Below are positions 30,426-40,032 of a stretch of 64,000 bases of DNA, in pieces. Made by a program: the position numbers and the translations under genes. The notes under the pieces are model-generated. The model made no database searches. It saw only the letters and a list, made by a program, of their open reading frames with translations, and was not told the DNA's origin. The number at the start of each line of letters is the position of its first letter. Within the stretch, counting starts at the first letter, position 1. Origin of the DNA: Nitrospinales bacterium (GTDB lineage Bacteria; Nitrospinota_A; UBA7883; JACRGQ01); contig JAHFEK010000005.1 of the NCBI GenBank assembly GCA_023248495.1, forward strand, positions 6,560 to 70,559, in the 5' to 3' direction.

Positions 30426-31655
30426 TTACCCTTCCTGGGAAAGTGAACCGATGGCGACGCCCCGGCGGCCTTCCCAAAAGAACCTGACCGCCTCTTTCCA
30501 CGCCCAGATGCAGAGCCAGACCGCGCCTATGGTTTTTACATGCCATTGGTTGGCGAACTGCCTCCCCGGCCGCGGCGTTAAATCCGAAAAAATTATGGAA
30601 ACAAGGAACCATCCTATCAACAGGAATGCCATCTGGGTTTTAAACCCCGCCTCGTCCCCTTCGCTCCGGGCGGAAAGGGCGGCATGGAGCATAAACGTGA
30701 ATATGGGAACCAGCATAACGTAGGTGGGGCTTTCCGCCCGCTTATTGAAAAGAATCATAAACGTTAAAGCCAGCGGCACAATCAGCCGGACGAATTGCCC
30801 CCTATCCTGGCGGAAAACCATGAACGCCGCGGCCGCGATGAGCGCCGCGTTCAAAAGCAGGAAACCGAAAAACGCTTGATTGCTTAAAATGATTCCGTAG
30901 TGTTGCAGCGTGGGATGCAGGCCCAAATACATGGTATGCACCCGTTCCATGGAATGCAGTTCTATAAGCGTTTGGAAGCATTCAATCAGCAGGGATGACG
31001 ACATGACCAATAGCGGCAACAGGGAAAGGCCCGCGAGGAAAAGAACGAATGACGCGATGAAAACCGCGTTGAACTCCAACATCAGCAGCAGCGCCATCGG
31101 AAGCGGTATGATTTTCAGCCCCACCCCCAAAGCCAAAATAAAACCGGAAACCGCATACCGGCCCCGGAAGTACATGGCCGTTCCCAACAGGATAAGGCCG
31201 GTGATAAGGCTGTTAATCTGCAAGTTGGTAAGACTGCCCATCATCTCGTTAGTCATCAGAAGCAGGGCGAAAAAATACCACCACCCGCGGAAAAGTTTCC
31301 GTTTCCCGTCTATTTCACGCCATACGGCATGAATGCCGGCCATAAGCACGAGCATGTTCAGCACGCACCATACATAGGATCCTGCCTGTGGCCCCAAGGC
31401 GAGCGTGGAAAACGGATAAAAAAACAGCGCGAAGAGCGGCGGCCACAAAAACCAAGTGCCGAAAGGAGGCTCCGCCGTCTTCCAGTTTTCCGGATAGGGG
31501 TTGCTATGGTTTTGAATGATGGAGATAACGCCGCCGTTGTATCCCAGATAGTTGTTGTGTATCCCCATCGCCGGCGAGATGGCCAATAACATGAAAAAAA
31601 GAACGAAGAGAACCGCCACTTTCCCTTCGAATTCTAGTTTTCGCCAGTAGTTCAT
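30426..31655 (-). CDS. DUF2029/GT87-like polytopic membrane glycosyltransferase (GT-C fold), paralogue A
   Basis: ~10 TM helices. First extracytoplasmic loop has ..NPYP...PP...F. Paralogous to the adjacent gene (shared blocks FVLFF, FFxPFSTxxLGP, YxWxxLN, KLxPLxMALLL). Confidence 0.6.
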   Translation of the reverse strand: MNYWRKLEFEGKVAVLFVLFFMLLAISPAMGIHNNYLGYNGGVISIIQNHSNPYPENWKTAEPPFGTWFLWPPLFALFFYPFSTLALGPQAGSYVWCVLNMLVLMAGIHAVWREIDGKRKLFRGWWYFFALLLMTNEMMGSLTNLQINSLITGLILLGTAMYFRGRYAVSGFILALGVGLKIIPLPMALLLMLEFNAVFIASFVLFLAGLSLLPLLVMSSSLLIECFQTLIELHSMERVHTMYLGLHPTLQHYGIILSNQAFFGFLLLNAALIAAAAFMVFRQDRGQFVRLIVPLALTFMILFNKRAESPTYVMLVPIFTFMLHAALSARSEGDEAGFKTQMAFLLIGWFLVSIIFSDLTPRPGRQFANQWHVKTIGAVWLCIWAWKEAVRFFWEGRRGVAIGSLSQEG

Positions 31656-31788
31656 TTAAGTGTGGGTGACGATGATTTAATATGAGTTGAAATGGAAGTG
31701 GAAGTTGGCGATCCTTGCCGCTCCAAACGCTGGTTATTTAATGACATGGGGGAATCATACCTTAATAATCCCCGTGGTGCGCGGCAAA

Positions 31789-33027
31789 TTATCGAGCGGG
31801 GCCGGCCACTGGAATTACCGTTCCTTCCGCCTGCATTTTGTCGCTGAAATGCATCACGATCCGCGCCCATGCCCACAGATACAGGAGAATTGCCCCCAGC
31901 GTTTTAAAATGCCAGACCTCCGCCGTCACGCGAAAGATAGGGGACGAAAAAGCGCTGTAACCCCACCAGATGAACATCCATCCGGCGACGATGAATAGGG
32001 CGTTGGCGCGGAATCCGTTCTCATCCCCATCTTCGCGGGAACGCAACGCGGCGTGCAACATGAAAACAAACACCGGCGCGAGGGTTATGAAACTCTGACT
32101 CTCCGCCCGCCGGTTGAACAGGACGGCGAAACCCAACAGTGTCGGCACAATGAGCCGCAGGTACTCGCCGCGATCCTTCTTTAGAAGATGGAACGATGCC
32201 AGCGCCAACGCCCCGGCATTGGCCAAGGCGAAAAAAACAAATTCGGCGGGATGAACATGGAAACCATAATGCAGCAGGGTCGGCTCCAAACCGAGAAAGG
32301 CGGCGCGCAACGGCTCGTTTGCTAAAATATCAAACCAGCTTGCCAACATCGAGCTGTAGGCGGCGCTTCCCATGATGGGTATAGGAAGGAGGAAAAGAAG
32401 GGCGGCAATAACGGCGAAGCCAAAGACAAAAACCAAACCAAGATCAAGGCCGAGGAGCAACGCCATCGCCAATGGAAATAACTTGAAATTTGCCCCCATC
32501 GCCAGCAGCAGGGCGGCCCCTGCCTTGCGCCCCCGCATGTAAAGACCCGCTCCCAACATCATCATGCCGGTAATAAGCCCATTATTATGCGCATTCATCA
32601 CCGCGCCCGGCATTTCACTGGCCAGCAGAAATAGCGCGAAAAGGAACCACTTTCCCCGCAACAGCTTCTGTTCCCTGTCGACAAGACTGAATATAGACCA
32701 AACCCCCGCCATAAACATCGCGAAATTCAGCATCACCCAGGCATAAGCGCCGATATCCGGCCCTAGCCCGTGGTGGGTGGAAAAAGGGGAAAAAAAGTAC
32801 GCAAAGGTTGGACTGCACAGGAATTGCGCCAAAGGGGGAGGTTCGGAATCTTGCCCATTAATTGAAGTGTAGGGATTCATCCCTATTATGACGGCGCGCG
32901 TGCCAACGTCATATACCTGATACACCTTGCGCCGATCGCCCACCAGAAAAAACGCGGCCACGGCGAAGAAAAGGACAAAGATCGCCGCCGCCTTCCGCTC
33001 AAAAGAAAGCCTTCGTATGTAGTTCAT
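31789..33027 (-). CDS. DUF2029/GT87-like polytopic membrane glycosyltransferase (GT-C fold), paralogue B
   Basis: YDVGTRAVIIGMNPYT...EPPPLAQFL loop motif. Same architecture as paralogue A. Confidence 0.6.
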   Translation of the reverse strand: MNYIRRLSFERKAAAIFVLFFAVAAFFLVGDRRKVYQVYDVGTRAVIIGMNPYTSINGQDSEPPPLAQFLCSPTFAYFFSPFSTHHGLGPDIGAYAWVMLNFAMFMAGVWSIFSLVDREQKLLRGKWFLFALFLLASEMPGAVMNAHNNGLITGMMMLGAGLYMRGRKAGAALLLAMGANFKLFPLAMALLLGLDLGLVFVFGFAVIAALLFLLPIPIMGSAAYSSMLASWFDILANEPLRAAFLGLEPTLLHYGFHVHPAEFVFFALANAGALALASFHLLKKDRGEYLRLIVPTLLGFAVLFNRRAESQSFITLAPVFVFMLHAALRSREDGDENGFRANALFIVAGWMFIWWGYSAFSSPIFRVTAEVWHFKTLGAILLYLWAWARIVMHFSDKMQAEGTVIPVAGPAR

Positions 33028-33240
33028 ATGGTAACGACAATTATATATGACACTGTGGGGAGCTTTGACGGTTTGGGGAAAATAATGCCTTCTCTGACGC
33101 TGTCATTGTTATGGCCTGAGGTTGCGAGACGCTTATAGATCACCCGATACCCGCTTCTCACCAGAACCTTACAACCAAATAAAACAATGTTCTTGGCCGG
33201 GCGGCCAAGTGTGGACGGCCCTAATGACGGCTGTTATGGC

Positions 33241-33258
33241 ACAGCTCTTGAATTAACT
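33241..33258 (+). promoter_or_regulatory. candidate sigma-54 (-24/-12) promoter upstream of flgF
   Basis: TGGCAC-agctc-TTGAA compared with consensus TGGCAC-N5-TTGCW, about 35 nt upstream of the flgF start. The -12 GC is degenerate (GA). Confidence 0.3.
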
Positions 33259-33293
33259 GATGGTGGAGTTAGAAATTTTGACAGGAGGACACA

Positions 33294-34064
33294 TTGAATA
33301 AGGGAATCTACATCGCCACCAGCGGCAGCCTTGCCCAAGAGCGGGCAATGGACATTATCGCCAACAACATGGCGAACATGAACACGTCCGGCTACAAGGC
33401 TGATCGTATGCTTTTCCAAACCTACCTCTCGAAAGCCCATGCGCCTGACTCGGCCGCGCCGACTTCGAATGAAATCAAGACGGGCGCCACACAAAATAAA
33501 ACGGAAGATACCGCGTATATGTTCAGCTCGCAAAGCTACACCAATTATGAACAGGGCGCGCTGCAAAAAACCGGAAACACATTCGATATCGCGCTTGACG
33601 GCGATGGATTTTTGGCCGTTCAGACGCCGCTGGGGGAGCGTTATACCCGGGGCGGCGCTTTTAAAATCGACGCGGGAGGCGACCTTGTCACGGCGGACGG
33701 CTTTAAAGTATCAAACCAAAACGGCAACGCCATCCATGTGGGAAACGACGAATTTTCCGTACGGGAAGACGGCCTTATCACCGTCTCCGGCGGCGGCACC
33801 GAGCAATTTAAAATTGTGAATTTCGCCGACCGCACCCAGCTCAAGAAATCGGGACAAGGGCTTTTCGTGGCGGAGGCGGGAATGGAAACGGCGGCGCCCA
33901 CGGCTGCCGTGAGGCAAGGGTATCTGGAAGCTTCCAACATTAATCCGGTGGCGGAGATGACCCGGATGATCACCGCGCTGCGAACCTATGAAGCGTTTCA
34001 AAAAGCGGTTCACTCTAATGACGACATGACAACGCGGCTTATCGCCGACGTGGCCAGACCATAA
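33294..34064 (+). CDS. flgF: flagellar basal-body rod protein FlgF
   Basis: IYIATSGSLAQERAMDIIANNMANMNTSGYKA N-terminal rod motif. ~256 aa. RBS AGGAGGA. Confidence 0.85.
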   Translation: MNKGIYIATSGSLAQERAMDIIANNMANMNTSGYKADRMLFQTYLSKAHAPDSAAPTSNEIKTGATQNKTEDTAYMFSSQSYTNYEQGALQKTGNTFDIALDGDGFLAVQTPLGERYTRGGAFKIDAGGDLVTADGFKVSNQNGNAIHVGNDEFSVREDGLITVSGGGTEQFKIVNFADRTQLKKSGQGLFVAEAGMETAAPTAAVRQGYLEASNINPVAEMTRMITALRTYEAFQKAVHSNDDMTTRLIADVARP

Positions 34065-34088
34065 CGGAATTTATAAAGGAGAGATGTT

Positions 34089-34877
34089 ATGATTCGTTCG
34101 CTTTACACCGCCGCGACCGGCATGGGCGCGATGCAGGAAAACATCAACGTAATCTCGAACAATCTGGCCAACGTGGGCACGATGGGCTTCAAACGGAGCC
34201 GCGCCGAATTCCAGGATCTTTTGTACCAGACAATGCGAATGCCCGGCACGGAAACCCCCACCGGCAGCCAAGTGCCGACGGGCATCCAGGTCGGCATGGG
34301 ATCAAAGCTTTCCGCCGTATCGAAGCTATTCTCGCAAGGGGATTTTCAGCAGACTGGCAACGAACTGGACATGGCCATTCAGGGAAAAGGCTTTTTTCAG
34401 GTTCTTCAACCGGACGGCACCACAGCCTTCAGCCGCATGGGGGCTTTCCGGCTTGATAGCACCGGCCAGATGGTCACCGCCGATGGCGAGCCGCTGGAAC
34501 CCCCGATCACCATCCCGCAGGACGCGCTGAATGTGAACATCTCGGCTACCGGCCAAGTTTCGGTAATGCAACCCGGCCAAACCGTGGCGAGCGTGGTGGG
34601 GCAAATAGAAGTGGCCAGCTTTATCAACCCGGCGGGTCTCATCTCCGTGGGCCGCGGGCTTTATAAAGAAACCGCCGCCTCCGGCACGCCGACGATAGCC
34701 AACCCCGGATCAAATGAACTGGGACAGGTGCAACAGGGTTTTATCGAATCATCCAACGTCAACGTGGTGGAGGAATTAACCAATATGATTCTTGCCCAAC
34801 GCGCCTACGAGCTCAACTCGAAAGCGATTACCACCTCTGACGAAATGCTCCAAACCGCGAACAACACGAAACGGTAA
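34089..34877 (+). CDS. flgG: flagellar distal rod protein FlgG
   Basis: MIRSLYTAATGMGAMQENINVISNNLANVGTMGFKRSRAEFQDL. C-terminal LAQRAYELNSKAITTSDEML. Confidence 0.92.
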   Translation: MIRSLYTAATGMGAMQENINVISNNLANVGTMGFKRSRAEFQDLLYQTMRMPGTETPTGSQVPTGIQVGMGSKLSAVSKLFSQGDFQQTGNELDMAIQGKGFFQVLQPDGTTAFSRMGAFRLDSTGQMVTADGEPLEPPITIPQDALNVNISATGQVSVMQPGQTVASVVGQIEVASFINPAGLISVGRGLYKETAASGTPTIANPGSNELGQVQQGFIESSNVNVVEELTNMILAQRAYELNSKAITTSDEMLQTANNTKR

Positions 34878-34882
34878 TAACC

Positions 34883-35629
34883 ATGATTAAGAACTCGATA
34901 CGGCGCCTGGCGTGCCTGACCCTGCTGACGGTGACGTTGGCGGCGGCATCCGCGGGAGCGGCTGAACAGCGGGCAATTTCTGCCGCTTCCGACGCAAAAA
35001 CTGCCGCTTTTTTCCAAAAAGCTTTGAGCGATCACCTCGCTAAAACGCTTTCAGATACCGTATCGGAGTACCGCGTTTTAAACATTAGCGCTTCCGGCAA
35101 TGAAAAAATACCCACCCAATTCGACGATTACCGGTTGACTGTATTACGCACTTCCAAAGGCGGGGAAACGATAATCGGCGAGGTTACCTTCTACAACAAA
35201 GGCACTGAAATCAAACAGATAGGCGTGTCGGCCCGAATTGAGATGCAGGCCGAAGTGGTGGTTGCCAACGAGCGTATTTCCAAGGGAACGGTCATCACCG
35301 AAGGCATGCTTCGGATGGAAAAAATAGTTATTCATGGCCCGGCAACCGATTTTTGCACGGACTTTGCAGAAGTAACAGGGCAAGTGGCAGAACGGAGCAT
35401 CCAGCCGAACCGCCCGGTGCCGAAGGCAAACTTGGCGAAAGCGGTGGATGTAAAGGCTGGCGACCTCGTTTTGATGGTGGCGGAAAACGACGAGGTAAAG
35501 CTGACCACCCGCGGGGTCGCGAAAAAGGACGGCAGCATAGGCGAACTGATACCAGTGCTTAACCTCCGGTCGAACAAAAGGCTGTTTGGCAGGGTGGTGG
35601 ACGCGGGCACGGTACAGGTAAATTTTTAA
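34883..35629 (+). CDS. flgA: flagellar P-ring assembly chaperone FlgA (SAF domain)
   Basis: Signal peptide plus C-terminal SAF-like region. Position between flgG and flgH. Confidence 0.6.
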   Translation: MIKNSIRRLACLTLLTVTLAAASAGAAEQRAISAASDAKTAAFFQKALSDHLAKTLSDTVSEYRVLNISASGNEKIPTQFDDYRLTVLRTSKGGETIIGEVTFYNKGTEIKQIGVSARIEMQAEVVVANERISKGTVITEGMLRMEKIVIHGPATDFCTDFAEVTGQVAERSIQPNRPVPKANLAKAVDVKAGDLVLMVAENDEVKLTTRGVAKKDGSIGELIPVLNLRSNKRLFGRVVDAGTVQVNF

Positions 35630-35641
35630 CGGAACAAGGAG

Positions 35642-36298
35642 ATGACAATGAAGAGGAATCTGAACACGGCGCTGCTGGCGGCCATTCTTCTCTTAGGGCT
35701 CGCCGCCTGCGCGGGAAAGCAGATACCCGCCATGGTCGTACCCGAGGCGGAACCGGTGAAGACGACTTCCACCGAAGGCTCGCTCTGGCCTGGCCAAAAC
35801 GGCCCCAACATGCTCTTCGCCGATAACAAAGCGCTGCGCGTGGGCGACATTGTCACCGTATATCTCGTGGAAAGCGTAAAAGCGCTCAACTCCACCACCA
35901 ACCACAACAGCAGCCAAACAAAGAATTCCCTCACCATGTCCCCCATCGACGTAAACCCGGCCCTGAACGTCAACGTGAGCGGCGGTGAAGACTTCCGCGG
36001 ATCGGGAAGCAGCAGCCGCAATGACGCGCTGACCGCGACCCTTTCGGCGATGGTGACGGAAGTGCTCACCAACGGGAACATGAAAATCGAAGGGCGCCGC
36101 AAGATGAAGATCAACAACGAGGATCAATACATCCACATTACCGGCATCGTGCGGCAGGAAGACATCAATTTCGACAACTCGATCATGTCCACCAAAATCG
36201 CCAACTCGGAAATCCAGTATGACGGCGTGGGGGATCTCAACGATACCAACAACGGCGGCTGGGGCACGTGGCTGTTTCAGAAAATCTGGCCCTTTTAA
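35642..36298 (+). CDS. flgH: flagellar L-ring lipoprotein FlgH
   Basis: Lipobox LLGLAAC. SLWPGQNGPNMLFADNKALRVGDIVTV is the FlgH signature. Confidence 0.9.
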   Translation: MTMKRNLNTALLAAILLLGLAACAGKQIPAMVVPEAEPVKTTSTEGSLWPGQNGPNMLFADNKALRVGDIVTVYLVESVKALNSTTNHNSSQTKNSLTMSPIDVNPALNVNVSGGEDFRGSGSSSRNDALTATLSAMVTEVLTNGNMKIEGRRKMKINNEDQYIHITGIVRQEDINFDNSIMSTKIANSEIQYDGVGDLNDTNNGGWGTWLFQKIWPF

Positions 36299-36310
36299 AG
36301 GAAGGCTGAC

Positions 36311-37441
36311 ATGAACATCATAAAGCTTATCGGCACGGCGGCGGTGGCCGCCCTGTTGGCCTTTCCCGCGCCGGCCAGCGCCTCGCGGATTAAAGACATT
36401 TCCAACGTACAGGGGATGCGCCAGAACCAGCTCATCGGCTATGGCTTGATGGTCGGTTTGAAAAATAGCGGCGACCGCACCTCGAAAACCCCCTTTACCG
36501 CCCAAACACTGGTCGCCATGCTCAAGCGGCTGGGAACCACTATCGACATACGCCAACTGACCGGCCCGCAAATCGGTGTTTCACAGACCCGTTTTCTGCG
36601 CGACGTAAAGGTGGAAAACGTGGCCGCCGTCATGGTGACCGCCACGTTGGCCCCCTTCTCGAAACCGGGCACCAAACTGGATGTTTCCGTTTCCTCGCTG
36701 GGAGACGCGAAAAGTCTTGAAGGCGGCACACTGCTGATGACCCCGCTGAAAGCCCCCAACGGCGAAGTATATGCCGTGGCGCAAGGCGTGCTCGCCGTCA
36801 CCCGTAAAATAGGCAAAAAAGGGCAAGCGGAAGCAGTGCCGACCACCGGCACCATCGCGGACGGAGGCATAGTCGAAAAAGAAGTGCCGAACGACTTCGC
36901 CCAAAAATCACAGTTTAATATCCTGCTGAGCAAACCGGATTTCACCACCGCTTCATCCGTGGTCGCGGCGGTCAATGCAAAGTATGGCAAAGATACCGCC
37001 CGCGGTCTTGATGCCGGCACCGTGGAAGTAATTGTTCCCGTGAAATTCGCGGCCAACCCCTTCGGCTTCATTAGCGAAATTGAGGTTTTAAACGTAACCA
37101 GCGACATGCCCGCCCGCGTCGTGCTGGATGAAAAAAGCGGCACGGTGGTAATCGGCAGCAACGTGGAAATACATGATGTGGCGATTTCGTTCGCGGATAT
37201 CACCCTGCAGGTTCAGCGCGCAACCGACACTGCGGCGCAAACGGCGATGGCGCAGGGATTGCCGGCGCCCGCGCAGAAGGAAACGGCAAAATCAAAAATA
37301 AACATGCTGAAGAAAAACGCCAACATCAACGATCTTGTGGCGGCGCTGAACGCGTTAGGCGTATCGCCCCAAGACCTTGTGGCAATCTTCCGGTCGTTGC
37401 ATGCATCGGGCTCCTTGAATGCCGAGTTGGAGGTTTTATGA
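36311..37441 (+). CDS. flgI: flagellar P-ring protein FlgI
   Basis: Signal peptide. RIKDISNVQGMRQNQLIGYGLMVGLKNSGD is the FlgI signature. Confidence 0.92.
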   Translation: MNIIKLIGTAAVAALLAFPAPASASRIKDISNVQGMRQNQLIGYGLMVGLKNSGDRTSKTPFTAQTLVAMLKRLGTTIDIRQLTGPQIGVSQTRFLRDVKVENVAAVMVTATLAPFSKPGTKLDVSVSSLGDAKSLEGGTLLMTPLKAPNGEVYAVAQGVLAVTRKIGKKGQAEAVPTTGTIADGGIVEKEVPNDFAQKSQFNILLSKPDFTTASSVVAAVNAKYGKDTARGLDAGTVEVIVPVKFAANPFGFISEIEVLNVTSDMPARVVLDEKSGTVVIGSNVEIHDVAISFADITLQVQRATDTAAQTAMAQGLPAPAQKETAKSKINMLKKNANINDLVAALNALGVSPQDLVAIFRSLHASGSLNAELEVL

Positions 37442-37794
37442 GCGGGATTTCAACCACCTCCCGAACCGCCCAACGGCCCCAATTCGCGCCGGTGCCCGAC
37501 GGACTGACGGCGGCGCAACAAAAGGACATGGACAAGCTGAAAGGCCTCTCGCAGGAATATGAAGGCTTTTTCATGAAACAGGTTGTGGACGCAATGAGAA
37601 AAACAGTGCCGAAAGGCGGTTATCTTAACGGCGGTAACGCCGAAGAGATATACAAGGGAATGATGGACGACAAGCTTTCCGGGCAAATGGCGAAAAACGG
37701 CGGCAGCGGCATCGCCGAAAATCTGTATAACACCTTCTCAAAGGCCTACCTTGCCTCGCTCAAAGCCGATAAGAAAGCGGGGGAAGTAAAATGA
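37438..37794 (+). CDS. flgJ: FlgJ-type rod-binding protein (rod-binding domain only)
   Basis: FEGFFMKQVVDAMRKT...EIYKGMMDDKLSGQMAKNGGSGIAENLY. 4-nt overlap with flgI. Confidence 0.65.
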   Translation: MSGISTTSRTAQRPQFAPVPDGLTAAQQKDMDKLKGLSQEYEGFFMKQVVDAMRKTVPKGGYLNGGNAEEIYKGMMDDKLSGQMAKNGGSGIAENLYNTFSKAYLASLKADKKAGEVK

Positions 37795-38297
37795 ACGCCG
37801 CGGCCCGCCTCGTGGAACTGCTGGAACGGAACGCGCGAATCTACGAAGACCTGGCGCGCATCTGTGATAAAGAGCAACTGGCGGTTCAGGCGTGCGATCT
37901 GTCACGCTTGGACGAACTGATGAAGGAAAAGGAAAAGCTGGCGCTCAAACTAATCACCGCGGAAAAAACCCGAAGCGGGCTGATGGAAGAAATCGCGGTC
38001 TCCATGAAACGGGATGCCGCAACCATCACCTTGGCGGAAATAGCCGCTTCCCCGGAAGGCCGCGCGCTGAAGGCAAAATTGCTGGCCGCGGGCGGTCACC
38101 TGAACAGCGTTTTGAACGCCGCGCGGGAAAGAAGCGATTTCAGCCGACGGTTGATCGGCCGCGCGCTGGACACGATCGTCGAAACCATCCGCTGCGCCAA
38201 CGCGCTGACGGGAGGCGAAACATCCACCTATTCGTCAAATGTAAAAACGATGGGAAACAAAATGCGATCGGGCGTGATGGTGACGAGGTCCTGCTGA
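37791..38297 (+). CDS. flgN: FlgN-like flagellar export chaperone
   Basis: Helical 168-aa protein immediately upstream of flgK with an FlgN-like N-terminus (LVELLERNARIYEDLARICDKEQLAVQACDLSRLDELMKEKEKLALKL). Confidence 0.45.
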   Translation: MNAAARLVELLERNARIYEDLARICDKEQLAVQACDLSRLDELMKEKEKLALKLITAEKTRSGLMEEIAVSMKRDAATITLAEIAASPEGRALKAKLLAAGGHLNSVLNAARERSDFSRRLIGRALDTIVETIRCANALTGGETSTYSSNVKTMGNKMRSGVMVTRSC

Positions 38298-38298
38298 C

Positions 38299-39990
38299 AT
38301 GAACATATATGGGGCGATGAATACGGCAAAATGGGCGCTGTTGTCGGCACAGACCGCCATCGAAGTGACCGGGCAAAATGTCGCCAACGTGAACAATCCC
38401 GACTTCAACAAACAGAATGCCATTCTGCAAGCCCAGTTTCCGGTCAATCAGGGGAATCACTTTATCGGCACCGGCGTGACCGTAGCCTCCGTGACGCGAA
38501 ACTTCGATCAGTTTCTCTACAACCAGCAACTGACCTCGAACTTCAACCTGAATAACTACCAGGCCCGCGAGACCATCATGAACCGGATAGATACCGTCAT
38601 GAACGAGACCTCCGGCAGCGGCATTAACAACGCCATGAGCAGCTTCTTCCAAAGCTATTACAACCTCGCCACCAACCCGTCTGGCGCCACCGAACGCAAT
38701 GACGTGGTGGAAAAGGCGAAGTCGCTCTCGGCAAAAGTCTCATTCGTCGCCGGTCAGGTACAGCAAACGCGGCGTGACACGGATCTTAAAATCACCGGCG
38801 CGGTGCCAATCATCAACAACCTTACCTCGCAGATTGCCTCCCTCAACAAGACGATACATGAGACCGAATCGAACGGCGCGGTGGCCAACGACTACCGCGA
38901 CCGGCGCGAAGGCCTTATAAAGCAGGTTGCCTCATTCATGGATATTGGCTATGCGGAAGCCAACAACGGCGAAGTGTCCGTCTACATGAAAACGGGCCGC
39001 CCCCTGGTAACGGGCGAAAACAACTTTACGCTCAGCACGAAACAAAATCCATCGGATCCCTCAACCAGTTCCGTTTTCTGGGCGGACTCGGCCGGGAATA
39101 AAGTGAACATCACCCGCGATATTTCCGCCGGGCAGATGGGAGCATGGACCACCCTGCGCGATCAAGACCTGATTAAAGTTCAAAACCAGCTTGATACCCT
39201 CACCGCGTCGATAATACGCGACGTGAACCGCATCCATTCCGGTTCGTTTGGCCTGGACGGAAGCACTGGCAACAATTTTTTCAACGGCCTTGTCCCCGGT
39301 GGGCGCGCCAGCGACCTTAACTCGGGGACCGGCACCCTGCAACCCGGCTCCGTGTTAAACCCGGACAACGTGAATCTCGATCACTACCGGATTACTTTCG
39401 GCGCGGGCGGCACCTACAGCGTAAGCAACACTGACAAGGGAACCGCCTCCGGCACATACAGTTTCACCGCCGGCGCGCCGCTTACTTTTTTTCAGGATCG
39501 GGGTATTTCCATCGCGATAACAGGCGCGCCCAACGTGGGTGACAATTTTGACATTAGCGCCGCTTTTAACTCCGCGTTTACGCTGGCGATCAATCCAACC
39601 GTTCAAAACGACCTGAACAAAGTCGCCGCCGGCAGCACCACCCGCTGGGGCGACGGTATTGCGGGCGAGGCAATCGGCTCGCTGCAATATGGCAAAACCA
39701 TAGGCGGCGCATGGAATGCCGCGGGGGCCGCCTCCGGCACCTATACCTACACCGATTTTTTCGGCGCCACCGTGGGAGGCGTAGGCTCGACCACGCAGGC
39801 CGCGACCTCAGGAAGAAAGATGGCCGAAGCGGTGTCAAACCAATTGGATAATCTCCGTCAACAGTCCTCCGGTGTGGCACTGGACGAAGAAATGATAAAC
39901 CTGGTGAAATATCAACAGGCGTACGGCGCGGCGGCCAAGACTATCACCACCATCGACGAAATGATTCAAACATTGTTGAATATCAAGTAA
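38299..39990 (+). CDS. flgK: flagellar hook-associated protein 1 FlgK
   Basis: N-terminal ALLSAQTAIEVTGQNVANVNNPDF, C-terminal INLVKYQQAYGAAAKTITTIDEM. Confidence 0.9.
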   Translation: MNIYGAMNTAKWALLSAQTAIEVTGQNVANVNNPDFNKQNAILQAQFPVNQGNHFIGTGVTVASVTRNFDQFLYNQQLTSNFNLNNYQARETIMNRIDTVMNETSGSGINNAMSSFFQSYYNLATNPSGATERNDVVEKAKSLSAKVSFVAGQVQQTRRDTDLKITGAVPIINNLTSQIASLNKTIHETESNGAVANDYRDRREGLIKQVASFMDIGYAEANNGEVSVYMKTGRPLVTGENNFTLSTKQNPSDPSTSSVFWADSAGNKVNITRDISAGQMGAWTTLRDQDLIKVQNQLDTLTASIIRDVNRIHSGSFGLDGSTGNNFFNGLVPGGRASDLNSGTGTLQPGSVLNPDNVNLDHYRITFGAGGTYSVSNTDKGTASGTYSFTAGAPLTFFQDRGISIAITGAPNVGDNFDISAAFNSAFTLAINPTVQNDLNKVAAGSTTRWGDGIAGEAIGSLQYGKTIGGAWNAAGAASGTYTYTDFFGATVGGVGSTTQAATSGRKMAEAVSNQLDNLRQQSSGVALDEEMINLVKYQQAYGAAAKTITTIDEMIQTLLNIK

Positions 39991-40032
39991 TGAAAGGGCC
40001 GCTTTGCGGCGCGGAAGAATAAGAGGTGACAT

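Noticed and set aside
35693-36571. 292-aa minus-strand ORF
   Set aside because: Antisense to flgH/flgI, whose identities are secure.
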